This document shows, piece after piece, positions 19,448 to 29,774 of a stretch of 49,916 bases of DNA; the first letter of the stretch is position 1, and the number at the start of each line of letters is the position of its first letter. The translations under genes were made by a program, and so were the position numbers. Under the pieces are notes generated by a model, which was given only the letters and a program-made list of their open reading frames with translations, made no database searches and was not told the DNA's origin. Source of the DNA: Candidatus Sericytochromatia bacterium (lineage in GTDB: Bacteria > Cyanobacteriota > Sericytochromatia > S15B-MN24 > UBA4093). The stretch covers positions 1-49,916 of the forward strand of contig JAKFCT010000100.1 in the NCBI GenBank assembly GCA_036676495.1, read 5' to 3'.

Positions 19448-22400
19448 ATGGCATGCTGCAATTCTTGCGGTCACGCGTACGAACGGGAGGCGAACTTCTG
19501 CAGCCGCTGCGGAAGGCCCACCACTCCGCTCGCCAGCGGCGATCGCCGCGTCGTCACGGTCCTCTTCGCCGACGTCTCCGGCTTCACCCGCTTGAGCGAG
19601 ACCCTCGATCCCGAGCGCCTGACCGAGATCATCAACGCCTGTTTCAAGGCCCTCTCCGAGCCCATCTACCGCTTCGGGGGCATCGTCGACAAGTACATCG
19701 GAGACGCCATCATGGCGCTCTTCGGAGCCCCCGTCACCCATGAGGACGACGCCGAGCGCGCGGTGAGCGCGGCCTACGCCATGCAGCGAGCGGCCGAGCG
19801 TTTTTCCGAGCGCCTGGAGGCCGAGACCGGCATTCGATTGCGCATGCGCATCGGCCTCAATACCGGGCTGGTGGTCGCCGGAGCGATCGGCGGCGATCAA
19901 AAGCAGGACTACACCGTCATGGGGGACGCCGTGAACCTGGCCCAGCGCCTGGAGTCCCAGGCCGAGCCGGGCAGCATCCTGGTCTCCGGGCAGACCTACC
20001 GTCTCACCGCGCATGCCTTCAGCTATCAATCCGCCCGAAAGCTCTTCGTCAAGGGGCGGCAAGAGGCGGTCTACGCCTACGAACTCAGGGGGCCCTTGCT
20101 GGAGGCCCCACCCCAGGCCGATCGACCGCCGTTCGTGGGCAGGGGCACGGAGCTCGCTCAGCTTCACACGGCCCTCCACGCTGCGGCCAAGGGCACTCCC
20201 CAGTGGATCATGCTCACGGGCGGAGCGGGAACGGGCAAGAGCCGGCTCGCCCGAGAGGCGATCGCCACCTTGCCGCCCGATCCCCGCCGCCTCGTGATCG
20301 AGGCCCGCGGACAGACCTACCATGCCGAGACGCCCTTGTCGCTGCTCCGCCAGATCGTCGAGGGCTTGATGGCCCCCATGGTGGAGGGCGATCACCTCGA
20401 CCGTCTCGAGGCCGGCCTTGAAGCCCGGGCCGTGCCCCAGGCCCAATCGACGAGCCGCAAGCTCGCCTTCCTCCTCGGGGGCGAGGGGGGAGACTCCTTG
20501 GCGGCACGGGAGGCGCTGGCGGGCGTGATCGCGCGCATGGAGGCTCCGCTGATCCTGCTCCTCGAAGATCTGCATCGCATCGACGCGGACTCCGCGGCAT
20601 GGCTCTCGCAACTGGCCGGACGCCTGGATGGGGGGACGCTTGCGGTGGTCTGCGAGCTGCGGGAGCCGATGCCTCTCTCTCCCTCGCCCTGGCTCTCCCC
20701 GCTGACGCTTGCGCTGGGTCCCCTGGCAGTGGGAGATGCTTGGCAGCTCATCCTGGCAGAGCTGAAGGCCAGCCGCGACGCGCTCGAACCGAGCGCCCGG
20801 CGGCTCCTGGAGGCCGCCCTGGCGCGCGCGGAGGGTAACCCGATGTTTCTGCGCGAGCTCGTCCATGGCTGGATCGACGCCGGCATCCTCCAGCGCAAGG
20901 CCGGCCGCTGGCTCGCGGAGCCGCGCGAGAGCGACGGGCTTCCCACGAGCATCAACGCCATCCTCGCCGCGCGCCTGGATCAGCTCACGCGGCCTCACCG
21001 CGAGGTCTTGCAGGCGGCTGCCGCCCTCGAGGGGACGTTCACCGTCGAGATGCTCACCACCCTTCTCGAAAGCCCGGACCTGGACGGGGCGCTCGCGGAG
21101 CTTGCGCGGCGCGACCTTTTGCACCGGGGAGCGGACGGCAGGTGGTACTTTGCTCAGAGCCTGGTCCAGGAAGTGACCTACCAAACGATGCTCCTGAGCC
21201 AGCGCCGTGCCCTGCACCAGCGGATCGCAGAGGTCCTCGAGGGGCACAGCGCCGGAGTCGAAGTGCTGGCGCGCCATTACCGGCTTGCCGGGGATGCGCA
21301 TCGGGCCGTTCCTTTGCTTCAGCAAGCCGCCATGCGGGCACAGCGCCGCGCGGCCCATGCCGAGGCCTGTCTGTACTTGCGCCAGGCGCTCTCGATTTCG
21401 CCCGACGACGCGGCGGGTGCGCCCTCGCCCCGGGCCGACCTGCTCCGCAGCCTGGCGGAGTCGGAAGCGGTTCTGGGCAACTACGCTCCGGCCTTGGAAG
21501 CGGCATGCGAGGCCCGCGACATGCTCGTCGAGCCCTTGGCGATCGCTCAAACCGAGCGAACCCTTGGCAACTTATACGAGCGCAAAGGGGATTACGCGCA
21601 AGCCGCCACGCATTACGGCGAAGCGATCCGGCAAGCGCCGGACGAGGCGTTGCGCTGCCGGGTCCAACTCGACCTGGCCTGGCTCGCCTTGAGGCAAGGC
21701 GACCATGACGCATGCCTCGAGGTTTGCTGCCAGGTCCTTCGCAGCCCCGCCGCGGACGCTGAAGCCCAGGCGATGGCGTTGAGCTTGCGGGGGGTCGCCT
21801 ATGATCGGCTCGGTCGGTGGAGCGACGCCGTCCGATCCCATGGCGAGGCGCTGAGATGGCGCATGCAGCGCCGGGATCGCTTCGGTATCGCGTCGAGTCT
21901 CAACAACCTCGGCATGGCGCTCACGGAGCTCGGGGACTGGCCGGCGGCGGAGCGGATGTACCAGCGCAGCTTGAGGCTCTACGAGCGGATCGGAGAGTTG
22001 GCCCGCGGGTCCGCGGTCCGCAACAACCTGGGGGATCTGGCGGCGCGGCGCGGGGATCTGGATGCGGCCGAGCAGCACCATCGCGACGCCCAGGGGATCC
22101 GCGAGAAGCTGGGCGATCGTTTCGGCATCGGGGCGTCACGCTGCGCCCTGGGGTGGGTCCTGGCCCTGCGCGGAGACCTGGATGAGGGGGGACGGCTCAT
22201 CCGGGAGGGGGTCGAGATCCTCGAGGAGATTGGCGAGCGCGAGCTCTTGGCGGAGGCGTATCAGGCGCTCGGTCGCATTGCGCTCGAGGCCCGGCGCTAC
22301 CCCGAGGCGGAGGTCAAGCTGGCCAAGGCGCTGGGCCTCTCCCAGTTCGATCGCAATCCGCTCCAGCGCGCGATCGTCCACCGCCTGCGGGGGCAGTTGC

Positions 22401-22678
22401 TTCTGGAGTGGGGCGACATGGCGGGGGCACGCTCGGAGATTGCGGAGGCCCAGCGGGTGCTCGAAGGTCTTTCCCATCCGCTGGAGCGGGCGCGGGCGAT
22501 GGTGCTGCGCTCGCGGCTGCTGCGGGCCGAGGGGAGCTATGCGGAGGCGGAGGCGATGCTGGGGGAGGCGATCGCCCTCTTCGAGCGGCTGGGAGCGCGC
22601 CTGGATCTGGCGGGCTTGACGGCCGCGCCTTCCCTCCAGATCCTTTGTGCGGATTCGCTGAAGCCCAAGGCCCGCTAG
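19448..22678 (+). CDS. Class III adenylate/guanylate cyclase with zinc ribbon, STAND ATPase and TPR domains
   Basis: CNSC/CSRC; LFADVSGFT, DKYIGDA, GDAVNLAQRLE; Walker A GGAGTGKS; LLLEDLH; C-terminal TPRs. Confidence 0.92.
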   Translation: MACCNSCGHAYEREANFCSRCGRPTTPLASGDRRVVTVLFADVSGFTRLSETLDPERLTEIINACFKALSEPIYRFGGIVDKYIGDAIMALFGAPVTHEDDAERAVSAAYAMQRAAERFSERLEAETGIRLRMRIGLNTGLVVAGAIGGDQKQDYTVMGDAVNLAQRLESQAEPGSILVSGQTYRLTAHAFSYQSARKLFVKGRQEAVYAYELRGPLLEAPPQADRPPFVGRGTELAQLHTALHAAAKGTPQWIMLTGGAGTGKSRLAREAIATLPPDPRRLVIEARGQTYHAETPLSLLRQIVEGLMAPMVEGDHLDRLEAGLEARAVPQAQSTSRKLAFLLGGEGGDSLAAREALAGVIARMEAPLILLLEDLHRIDADSAAWLSQLAGRLDGGTLAVVCELREPMPLSPSPWLSPLTLALGPLAVGDAWQLILAELKASRDALEPSARRLLEAALARAEGNPMFLRELVHGWIDAGILQRKAGRWLAEPRESDGLPTSINAILAARLDQLTRPHREVLQAAAALEGTFTVEMLTTLLESPDLDGALAELARRDLLHRGADGRWYFAQSLVQEVTYQTMLLSQRRALHQRIAEVLEGHSAGVEVLARHYRLAGDAHRAVPLLQQAAMRAQRRAAHAEACLYLRQALSISPDDAAGAPSPRADLLRSLAESEAVLGNYAPALEAACEARDMLVEPLAIAQTERTLGNLYERKGDYAQAATHYGEAIRQAPDEALRCRVQLDLAWLALRQGDHDACLEVCCQVLRSPAADAEAQAMALSLRGVAYDRLGRWSDAVRSHGEALRWRMQRRDRFGIASSLNNLGMALTELGDWPAAERMYQRSLRLYERIGELARGSAVRNNLGDLAARRGDLDAAEQHHRDAQGIREKLGDRFGIGASRCALGWVLALRGDLDEGGRLIREGVEILEEIGERELLAEAYQALGRIALEARRYPEAEVKLAKALGLSQFDRNPLQRAIVHRLRGQLLLEWGDMAGARSEIAEAQRVLEGLSHPLERARAMVLRSRLLRAEGSYAEAEAMLGEAIALFERLGARLDLAGLTAAPSLQILCADSLKPKAR

Positions 22679-22761
22679 CTCGCTAGGATGGAAGGGGGGC
22701 AAGCCCCAGAGCCCGGTGAAACGTCTGGTTTCCGAACGGTTGCAAGAGACGAGGGTGATCC

Positions 22762-24930
22762 ATGCTGGACCGTCGAGCCCCACGCCACCTGATCCTCGCC
22801 CTCCTCATGCTCGTCGGGCTCACGGGCTGTCCTTGGCCTTGGGGAGCGCCTCCCCAGACTCCCGCCCCGCTCAAGGGTCAGGTCTTCCTGGACGGTCAGC
22901 CGGCATCGGGAGTCACCGTCAGGGCCACCTTCACCAATGCCACGCCCTTCACCAACGCGACCCCGCTGACCGTCGCCGCGGCCTCCGACGGGCCGATCAC
23001 CACCCAGGTCACCACGGACGATCAGGGCCGCTTTGCCTTCGTCAATCCGCCCGAAGGCGATCTCAACCTGGAGGCCGTCAAGGATGATCGGCGCAAGGCG
23101 ATTCTCATGGGCGTCGCGGTTCGCCCCAACGCCCAGACGGACGTCGGGAGGCTGGACTTGCGGCCGACCGGTCACATCGTGGGACGCGTGACGGCTCCAA
23201 ACGATCCGCAAGTCACGGAGTTCACCGGCACCGACGTCTATATCCCCGGGACCAGCTACGTGGCCAAGACGGATGCGGGCGGGAACTTCCGCCTCATCAA
23301 CGTCGCGGCGGGCTCCTTCCGCCTGCTCGCCGAAAATCGCTTCCTGGGCCGGGGCGAGATTCCCGCGCTCGAGGTCAAACCCGACCAGGAGGCGCAGGCG
23401 GGGGCGATCGCCCTCACCTTGAAGGTCCCCAGCATCGAGCGGCTCGAACCGAGCAGCGGCGCCCCGGGGACATGGGTTCGGATCGAGGGGACGAACTTCG
23501 GGGCCTCGGAGGGGATTCCGATTGTGGTGCAGTTCAACGGGATCGAGGCCGTGGAGGTTGTGAGGGAGTCCAACACGGTGATCCGGGCTCGGGTCCCGGT
23601 AAATGCGACCACGGGACCGCTCCAGGTCAAGGTGGGCTTGGTTCCCAGCGCCAACCCGGCCTCCTTTCAGGTGATCGAGCGGCTGGAGATCGAGACGGCC
23701 ACTCCGGTCATTCTCCGGCAGGGAGATACGCTGCCGTTCAAGGTGAGGGCCATCGGCGCGTCGGAAGCGGCCATCTCCGAGCCCGGGGTGAGCTGGTCCA
23801 CGTCGGCTCCGGCCGTGGGGAGCATCACGGCGAGCGGGCTTTTCACGGCGATCGGGTACGGCCAGACCTTCGTCACGGCGACGAGCGGCGACGCCTCGGT
23901 GCAGACGAGCGGACCGGTCTACGTCTCTCCGCTCGAAGGCGGATTGAGAAGCCTGACGAGCGCTCCCGTGGCCGATGGCGGGGTACGGTTGGCGGTGGGC
24001 AACGGGGCAGTGCTTGCGGTCTGGGTCACCTTCCACCCCGGCCAGGCGGCACCCTATCGCCTGGCGTGTCAGATCCTCAAGAGCGATGGCAGCTGGGGGA
24101 TCGTGGAACTTGCTGGCCTGGGGGCCTTCGCCATGCATCCGAGACCGGTGGTCTCCTGGACCGGGCAGCATTTCGAGCTGGCCTTTGCAACGTCCGATGG
24201 GATCGCGGTTCAGCCGCTGAATCCGCAGACGGGGGTTCCGTTTGGCGGGTTGGATACCATGGCGACCGGCGGAGGGGTGAAAGGCATCGGTCTACAGCAC
24301 GGAGACAACACCCGCCTCTTGACCTGGATCGATGCGAGCAATCAGGTAAGGGGCACGACGTCCCTGCAGACCTCCGTCAGGCTTTCTGCGAATACGGGGA
24401 CGGCTCGCCAGTCCCTCAGCAGCGCCTACGATGGGAGCGGCTTTCTAGTCGCCTGGCAGGAAGGGGCCACCGTGATGGCGACGCGTTGGCAAGTGACTAA
24501 CCAGCTCGAGGCCGTGCCCATCAGTGCGGGGCCAGCGCAAGCGAATCCATGCTTGCTTGGGTTTTCGGGGGGCGCGATGCTCGTATGGCAGGAGGGAAGC
24601 GGTGCGGAGACGGATCTCAAAGTCGCGCGCAGCACAGGGAGCGGCTGGGGAACGCCGACGAGTCTCGTCAGGGAGGGGGAGCAATCCCATCCGAGCCTGA
24701 TGGCGCATGGGGACGGCGTCTGGGTGAGCTGGCAGGAGTCGGGCGGCGTCTTCATCCGCAAACTGAGCGTCCAGGGCGTTCCGGTGGCGGACGCCTATGC
24801 CGTGATGGTGAACGGGGCTGCATTTCGGGAGCCGACGATCGCCTCCAGCGGCCTGGGGGGGCTGGTGACCTGGGGCGTGCTGGGGAGCGAGGGATTGTTC
24901 AGTCTTTTCGCCCAGCGCTTCAGCCCGTAG
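22762..24930 (+). CDS. Surface lipoprotein with carboxypeptidase-regulatory-like, IPT/TIG and Big_2 domains and a propeller-like C-terminus
   Basis: Lipobox LTGC; TDDQGRF and TDAGGNF; PSSGAPGT.V.IEGTNFG; WSTSAPAVGSI. Confidence 0.8.
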   Translation: MLDRRAPRHLILALLMLVGLTGCPWPWGAPPQTPAPLKGQVFLDGQPASGVTVRATFTNATPFTNATPLTVAAASDGPITTQVTTDDQGRFAFVNPPEGDLNLEAVKDDRRKAILMGVAVRPNAQTDVGRLDLRPTGHIVGRVTAPNDPQVTEFTGTDVYIPGTSYVAKTDAGGNFRLINVAAGSFRLLAENRFLGRGEIPALEVKPDQEAQAGAIALTLKVPSIERLEPSSGAPGTWVRIEGTNFGASEGIPIVVQFNGIEAVEVVRESNTVIRARVPVNATTGPLQVKVGLVPSANPASFQVIERLEIETATPVILRQGDTLPFKVRAIGASEAAISEPGVSWSTSAPAVGSITASGLFTAIGYGQTFVTATSGDASVQTSGPVYVSPLEGGLRSLTSAPVADGGVRLAVGNGAVLAVWVTFHPGQAAPYRLACQILKSDGSWGIVELAGLGAFAMHPRPVVSWTGQHFELAFATSDGIAVQPLNPQTGVPFGGLDTMATGGGVKGIGLQHGDNTRLLTWIDASNQVRGTTSLQTSVRLSANTGTARQSLSSAYDGSGFLVAWQEGATVMATRWQVTNQLEAVPISAGPAQANPCLLGFSGGAMLVWQEGSGAETDLKVARSTGSGWGTPTSLVREGEQSHPSLMAHGDGVWVSWQESGGVFIRKLSVQGVPVADAYAVMVNGAAFREPTIASSGLGGLVTWGVLGSEGLFSLFAQRFSP

Positions 24931-24944
24931 CGGTCAAACAACAA

Positions 24945-24970
24945 GGGGCTGCCTCTTTTGAGACAGCCCC
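24945..24970. terminator. Hairpin between convergent genes
   Basis: GGGGCTGCCTC-TTTT-GAGACAGCCCC. Confidence 0.65.
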
Positions 24971-24986
24971 ATATTTCAGCCTTGAG

Positions 24987-25913
24987 CTAGATGCCGAAAG
25001 ACTGGCGAACCTGGCTGGCGGTGCCGCCGAAGTAGGCCGAGAAGTTCAGCAGGGTGACGTTACCCTGGCCGAAATCGCTGTTATTGGGCGTGCCGAAGTT
25101 CAGGTAGCCATTGACGAGGGTGACATCCACCGTGGTATTGGGGGTGGCGGCCACGCGGACGCCCGCCTGATAGGTGTTCTGGGTGACGCTCTGGCCACCG
25201 GCCGCCGCAGGAATGACGCGGAGGTTGTTCGCGAGCATGAGGCGCCAGGTCGGGTTGAGCGCCATCTCATAGGCCAGATCGATGCCGGGGACCGTCTGGA
25301 TCTTATTGGCGGCATCGGGAACGAGTTGCACCACGGGGACGACGTGGAAGCCGCCACGCTGGCCGATCCAGAACGAGACCGGAACTCCCGCGTTGATGAA
25401 GGTCTGGAAGGTGTCACCGGCAACGTTCTTCGCGATGCCGAGGCCGAGGAGGCCTGCGACGCTGAGGTTGCTGGCCTGCGAGAAGAGGTACTTGCCGCGG
25501 GCTCCGGCTCCGAGGCCAAACTGCGGATACTGAGTTCCGTTAGGAACGGACACGGCTCCCATGTTGGCGAGGGTCGCGACGCCGCTCAGACCGAGCTCGA
25601 GGGCGTTGTTGACGCCGTAGTTGAAGGAAAGGCCGGTGCCGTTGATGGAGAGGACGGTTGCGTCGGCGGGAAGGGTTTGGGCGCGCTCCACTCCGGTGGC
25701 GGAGACGTTGCCGCTCGTTCCGCTGGGGAAGCTGAAGGGGGTGTTGGGTTCGAAGACGCTGGTCGGACGGAACTGATCGTTCGTTGCCGGAGTGGCGCTC
25801 GGCGCGGCGACGCCCGGGGCGGGCGTGGAGCGGCGCATCTGGGCATCCGCGGGGGCGGCGAGGGCCACGGTCACGAGGGTGGCGGCCGTCAGAGCGGTGA
25901 AGTATGGGCGCAT
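24987..25913 (-). CDS. Putative outer-membrane beta-barrel protein, paralog of 18288..19157
   Basis: AAGGAG RBS; signal peptide ending ADA then QMR; shares RAQTL and GVP.S motifs with the paralog. Confidence 0.65.
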   Translation of the reverse strand: MRPYFTALTAATLVTVALAAPADAQMRRSTPAPGVAAPSATPATNDQFRPTSVFEPNTPFSFPSGTSGNVSATGVERAQTLPADATVLSINGTGLSFNYGVNNALELGLSGVATLANMGAVSVPNGTQYPQFGLGAGARGKYLFSQASNLSVAGLLGLGIAKNVAGDTFQTFINAGVPVSFWIGQRGGFHVVPVVQLVPDAANKIQTVPGIDLAYEMALNPTWRLMLANNLRVIPAAAGGQSVTQNTYQAGVRVAATPNTTVDVTLVNGYLNFGTPNNSDFGQGNVTLLNFSAYFGGTASQVRQSFGI

Positions 25914-26213
25914 GCAGTGCATCTCCTTTGTTACGTAGCAACCAAGAACGAGCGGACCTCTCACAGTTCGCTCGCATCCCTATCAATCAAGGGTTTACCA
26001 CAAGGCCCAGCGGCCGGTAAATCCCCTCGCGCCGGGAGGCGCTCGGCGCGGGCGTGCCGGCGGGAGGGCCGATTCCCGCGACGCGGGGGCGTAACGGGGT
26101 CTTGGAGACGCTTCACGATTTTTCATGCTGCTTTGCGCTCGATTGCATCTTGCATGGTTACGATTTGTTAAGTAGGATCGCGATGTTGCCCCCCTGATCG
26201 CGAGGAGGCGCCT

Positions 26214-27104
26214 GTGGATCCAAAGCCCCCGATTCGGAGTTTCAGGCGCGAGCGCCTGAAGGCGAGCCTCATCTGCGCCCACTGCGGGGCGCGCGCGGGG
26301 GAGGGCGATGCCTTCTGCCGAGACTGCGGCCATGCGTTACTGGTTCCAGAGGCGCAGGCCTGTTTGCAGTGCGGGGAGACGGGGCTGGCGGAAAGCCGGC
26401 ATTGTCCCGCCTGCGGGGCCGATCGCCGTCGGGCGCCGCGGGCGCGGGAGGGGCGCGCGGCCGCGCCGCGCCTCCTGCCGCGCCTGGCCCTCATGGCGGG
26501 CTTGGGCGCCCTGCTCGCCGTGGTCGTGGCCTTCGTTCCCGGGGCGCTCGGCCAAGGGGATCCTCACCTGGCGGGGGTCGCGGTGGGGGACGGCCCCAGG
26601 GAGGTCGAGCGTGCTTTGGGCGTGCCGGAGGACCGGGGCTCGGAGGTCTTCTGGCAAGGGATGGACGGCCGCAGTCACCACATGATCCAGTGGCAGTACG
26701 GCTTGGACGAGACCGAGATTGCCGACCTGACGGTGACGTTCATCGATGGGAAGGTGCATCAGGTCGGCGCGCTCGCGGGGACATGGCAGACCAGCGAGGG
26801 GCTGCGGATCGGCGATCGCCTCCCCAAGGCCGATCGGCTCTACGGGACCGGGATCGAGGACACCCCCATCGAAGGCCTGACTCCGCACCGTTACATCCAG
26901 GGGGGAGTGGTGGTCCGGGTGATCACGGAGTTTCCGTCCGATGAGATCCTGGCGATCGGGGTGGAGTCCCCCCGGCAAATCCCCCTCGAAGCCAGTAACC
27001 AGCCCTCGACGCCGGACTGGCATCCCCCGGTCCCGCCCGACACCGAGGCCGTGCCTCCGGTGCTCGACGAGACGCCGATCTTGCCGCGCCAGCGCTACTT
27101 CTAG
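26214..27104 (+). CDS. Double zinc-ribbon membrane protein with a periplasmic domain
   Basis: Four CxxC motifs, a TM helix, then EVERALGVP (BamE/SmpA-like) and TSEGLRIGD. Confidence 0.7.
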   Translation: MDPKPPIRSFRRERLKASLICAHCGARAGEGDAFCRDCGHALLVPEAQACLQCGETGLAESRHCPACGADRRRAPRAREGRAAAPRLLPRLALMAGLGALLAVVVAFVPGALGQGDPHLAGVAVGDGPREVERALGVPEDRGSEVFWQGMDGRSHHMIQWQYGLDETEIADLTVTFIDGKVHQVGALAGTWQTSEGLRIGDRLPKADRLYGTGIEDTPIEGLTPHRYIQGGVVVRVITEFPSDEILAIGVESPRQIPLEASNQPSTPDWHPPVPPDTEAVPPVLDETPILPRQRYF

Positions 27105-27188
27105 GCGAGTTGCGTCACGATTTTCGCAAGGTTGCCGTGTGAGGAAACGACAAGGAGAAAGGTCCCCTCACGCTAACGGAGAAGTTTC

Positions 27189-28031
27189 ATGTGGTGCTTG
27201 CGGGTCGTGCTCGCCACGACGGTGACGATCTCGCTCTTCGGAGCGGTAACCAGCGGCTGCGGGCGGGTGCCGGCCTCCTTGAAGAAGGCCACCCAGCAGG
27301 AGCCGGTGGATGAGCCGGATCTCGATCCCAACCCAGCACCGGATCCGGGGTCCTGGTTTCCGGATGATCCTTCGGGACCGGCCGCGCCGGTAGCGGGGGG
27401 GACTGAACCGTGGCCGGAGCCCTTGCCGAATCGGGCCTGGCCGCCGCTGGTCTGGAAGCCCTTGCCGACCTACACGCCGATTCCGTCGGCGAATATCCCG
27501 ACTCCGGCTCCGAACGTCCCGGCGCCGGCCCCGACCCCGACGCCGGTGCCGCCTCCGCCGCCCAGCGATCCCCCGGCGGGTTGGCAGCCCTCCAGCTCCG
27601 ACGAGTTTTACCTGACGCTGCGGAAGTTCGGCTACAACGGCTCCCGCGACGAGGCGTTCGCGCGGGTCCGGCGCTACGTGGGCATCGAGCGGGACGTCTG
27701 GTCTCCCAGCAGCGCCAAGCAACTGGATGCCAAGTGGCGCAAGGCGCGCACGTACATGGATCCGGCCCCCATCTTGCTCGCGTACTATGACGCCCAGGCG
27801 AAGGCGTTCGCCCGGCGCGAGAACGCGTACTACGTGCGGACGGATTACTCGTTCCGGGAAGGATCGGACCTGATCGTGATCAAGGCCGATCCCGTGACGC
27901 GCGAGTCACTGGCCTACAACCTGAAGGGCGAGATGACTTACTTCACGCAGTTAAGGGCCATGCAAGGGGTTCAAGGCATCTTCTACCGGCATGCCATCCG
28001 GATCCCGCCCGAGGTCTACCGCTCGCGCTAG
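27189..28031 (+). CDS. Pro-rich lipoprotein
   Basis: GGAG RBS; lipobox TSGC; long Pro linker. Confidence 0.65.
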   Translation: MWCLRVVLATTVTISLFGAVTSGCGRVPASLKKATQQEPVDEPDLDPNPAPDPGSWFPDDPSGPAAPVAGGTEPWPEPLPNRAWPPLVWKPLPTYTPIPSANIPTPAPNVPAPAPTPTPVPPPPPSDPPAGWQPSSSDEFYLTLRKFGYNGSRDEAFARVRRYVGIERDVWSPSSAKQLDAKWRKARTYMDPAPILLAYYDAQAKAFARRENAYYVRTDYSFREGSDLIVIKADPVTRESLAYNLKGEMTYFTQLRAMQGVQGIFYRHAIRIPPEVYRSR

Positions 28032-28185
28032 CTTCAGTGGCGATTTCAACGCGGCCGCCGCTTTTGCCGTAAAGCCGCGCGGACCGCTCGAGCCGACGTT
28101 GGCGAGCGAGAGGCAAAGCAAAACGAGGCGCTGCCGGAAAGCCGAGTCACTCGGTACTCCGGCGGCGCCCGTCGCGTTTTTGGGG

Positions 28186-28557
28186 TCAGTCCAAGAGCCA
28201 GTCGGGTTTGTCCCCGAAGGTCGTCGTGAGCACCTCGTCGAAATCAATGATGTACTCGTCGTGGAGTTGTCCTTGGGTCGAGGGATCCAGAACGGCTTCC
28301 TGGACGTCGATGGACTGGTAGGAGAGCGCGATGCCTTGCAGCTCTTCCTGGGTGGTCAGCTCGACGATATCGGCTGGCGCCACGTCGTAGGCAAAGATGA
28401 AGTCTCGGGCGAGATCCTGGCTCGTGAACAAGACTCCGAGCGAGGAACCGTCCGGTAGGGCCAGCAAGGTGAGCGAGTCGTCGTCTCCCAGCACCGCGAA
28501 GAGCTGGTTGACCTCCACCGTGTTCTCCACCGCGTTGTTCGCCATGTTGTGATCCAT
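28186..28557 (-). CDS. Acidic hypothetical protein
   Basis: GGAGGT RBS; coding-like codon bias. Confidence 0.65.
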   Translation of the reverse strand: MDHNMANNAVENTVEVNQLFAVLGDDDSLTLLALPDGSSLGVLFTSQDLARDFIFAYDVAPADIVELTTQEELQGIALSYQSIDVQEAVLDPSTQGQLHDEYIIDFDEVLTTTFGDKPDWLLD

Positions 28558-28760
28558 GGGGCCACCTCCTGCCTCCAATTACCCGATTTCCAGTGTGGAT
28601 CGTTCGGCCGAAATAGTCACTAATCGACCAGGGATTGTGCGCGCTGCACCGTTCACCGTCCGGCTCGGGGAGGGGTACGATCGGGATCGAACCCTTCGCC
28701 GGCGGCTCGGAAACCGGTGTCTTCCTGGGGGTTCGCTCTGCCCGTCGAGAGGAGGTCTCC

Positions 28761-28931
28761 ATGGGATCGCGCAAGCCCTCGTCGTCCCCGGCGGGACTGC
28801 GGATTCCCCTGTGGCTCGTCTTGCTGGTCGTCCTGATGGTGGTGGCGGCCGTCTTGTGGTTCCTCGTTCCGCGCGACTTCACTCCTCCTCCGACCCCCGC
28901 GAGCCCGGCGGCGGCTGGGAGTCCTCCCTAA
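28761..28931 (+). CDS. Small single-pass membrane protein
   Basis: AGGAGGT RBS; one hydrophobic helix and a Pro tail. Confidence 0.55.
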   Translation: MGSRKPSSSPAGLRIPLWLVLLVVLMVVAAVLWFLVPRDFTPPPTPASPAAAGSPP

Positions 28932-28973
28932 AGGCGTGGTAAACTGGGGTGTTCGCCCCCAGGAGGACCCGCC

Positions 28974-29774
28974 ATGACCGTCAAGACCGCCACCAACCTT
29001 CCCATGTCCACCGTTTACGGCCCTGTCCGGTCCTGGCGGGTGGGAAATTCCTTGGGCATCGACCTGCTCTATCGCAGCTCGATCTGCTCGTTTCAGTGCG
29101 TTTACTGCCAGCTCGGGAAGATCCTCGAGCATACGGCGGAACGAAAGGTCTATGTCCCCACCGAGAAGGTGATGGCGGATCTTCGGGAGAGCGCCTGGCA
29201 GGAAGCCGACATCATCACGTTTTCGGGCAACGGCGAGCCGACCCTGGCCCTCAACCTCCCCGAGGTGATCCATGAGATCAAGGCGGCCACTGGCAAGCCG
29301 GTCATGGTGCTGACCAACGCCACGACCCTGTGGGACCCGCAAGTGCGGGCGGACCTCGCCGAGGCGGACCAGGTCTTCTGCAAGCTGGATGCGGCTGACG
29401 ATCGGATGCTTCAGCGCGTGAACCGCCCGGTGGACGGAGTGACCATCCGGTCGATCGTCGAGGGGATCAAGGCCCTGCGCGCCGAGTACCCGGGCTACCT
29501 GGCGGTCCAGATGATGTTCATGCCGATGAACCGTGCCGAGGTCGAGGCGATGGCCGACCTTCTCAACGAGATTCGCCCGGATGAGGTCCAGCTCAACACC
29601 CCCCGGCGCCCGGTGCCGCGCGAGTGGTTCATGGAGTCCCGGGGCAATCATGAAGGGGTTCCCTACCCCGCGGTCCAGCTCAAGACCGTCGATAGGGACG
29701 AGGCGATCGCCATCGAGCAGCAGATTCGCGACCTGACCGGCCTCAAGGTCGTCTCGATCTACCGCAAGGACTGA
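28974..29774 (+). CDS. Radical SAM protein (COG0731, TYW1-like)
   Basis: YGPV.S.R.G.SLGIDL, CSFQCVYCQLG, TFSGNGEPTL. Confidence 0.88.
   Translation: MTVKTATNLPMSTVYGPVRSWRVGNSLGIDLLYRSSICSFQCVYCQLGKILEHTAERKVYVPTEKVMADLRESAWQEADIITFSGNGEPTLALNLPEVIHEIKAATGKPVMVLTNATTLWDPQVRADLAEADQVFCKLDAADDRMLQRVNRPVDGVTIRSIVEGIKALRAEYPGYLAVQMMFMPMNRAEVEAMADLLNEIRPDEVQLNTPRRPVPREWFMESRGNHEGVPYPAVQLKTVDRDEAIAIEQQIRDLTGLKVVSIYRKD

Noticed and set aside
19448-22678. Antiviral STAND (Avs-type) defence system
   Set aside because: The architecture matches the common zinc ribbon-cyclase-ATPase-TPR signalling family, with no nuclease effector or defence-island context.
22929-22964. 18-bp in-frame duplication (FTNATP twice) in the lipoprotein gene
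   Set aside because: A small, already diverged loop duplication with no evident functional signal.
27107-27115. 9-nt match (minus strand ACGCAACTC) to the 5-prime end of the putative TnpB guide
   Set aside because: Short enough to occur by chance in 50 kb, and not preceded by a TTTAA-like TAM.
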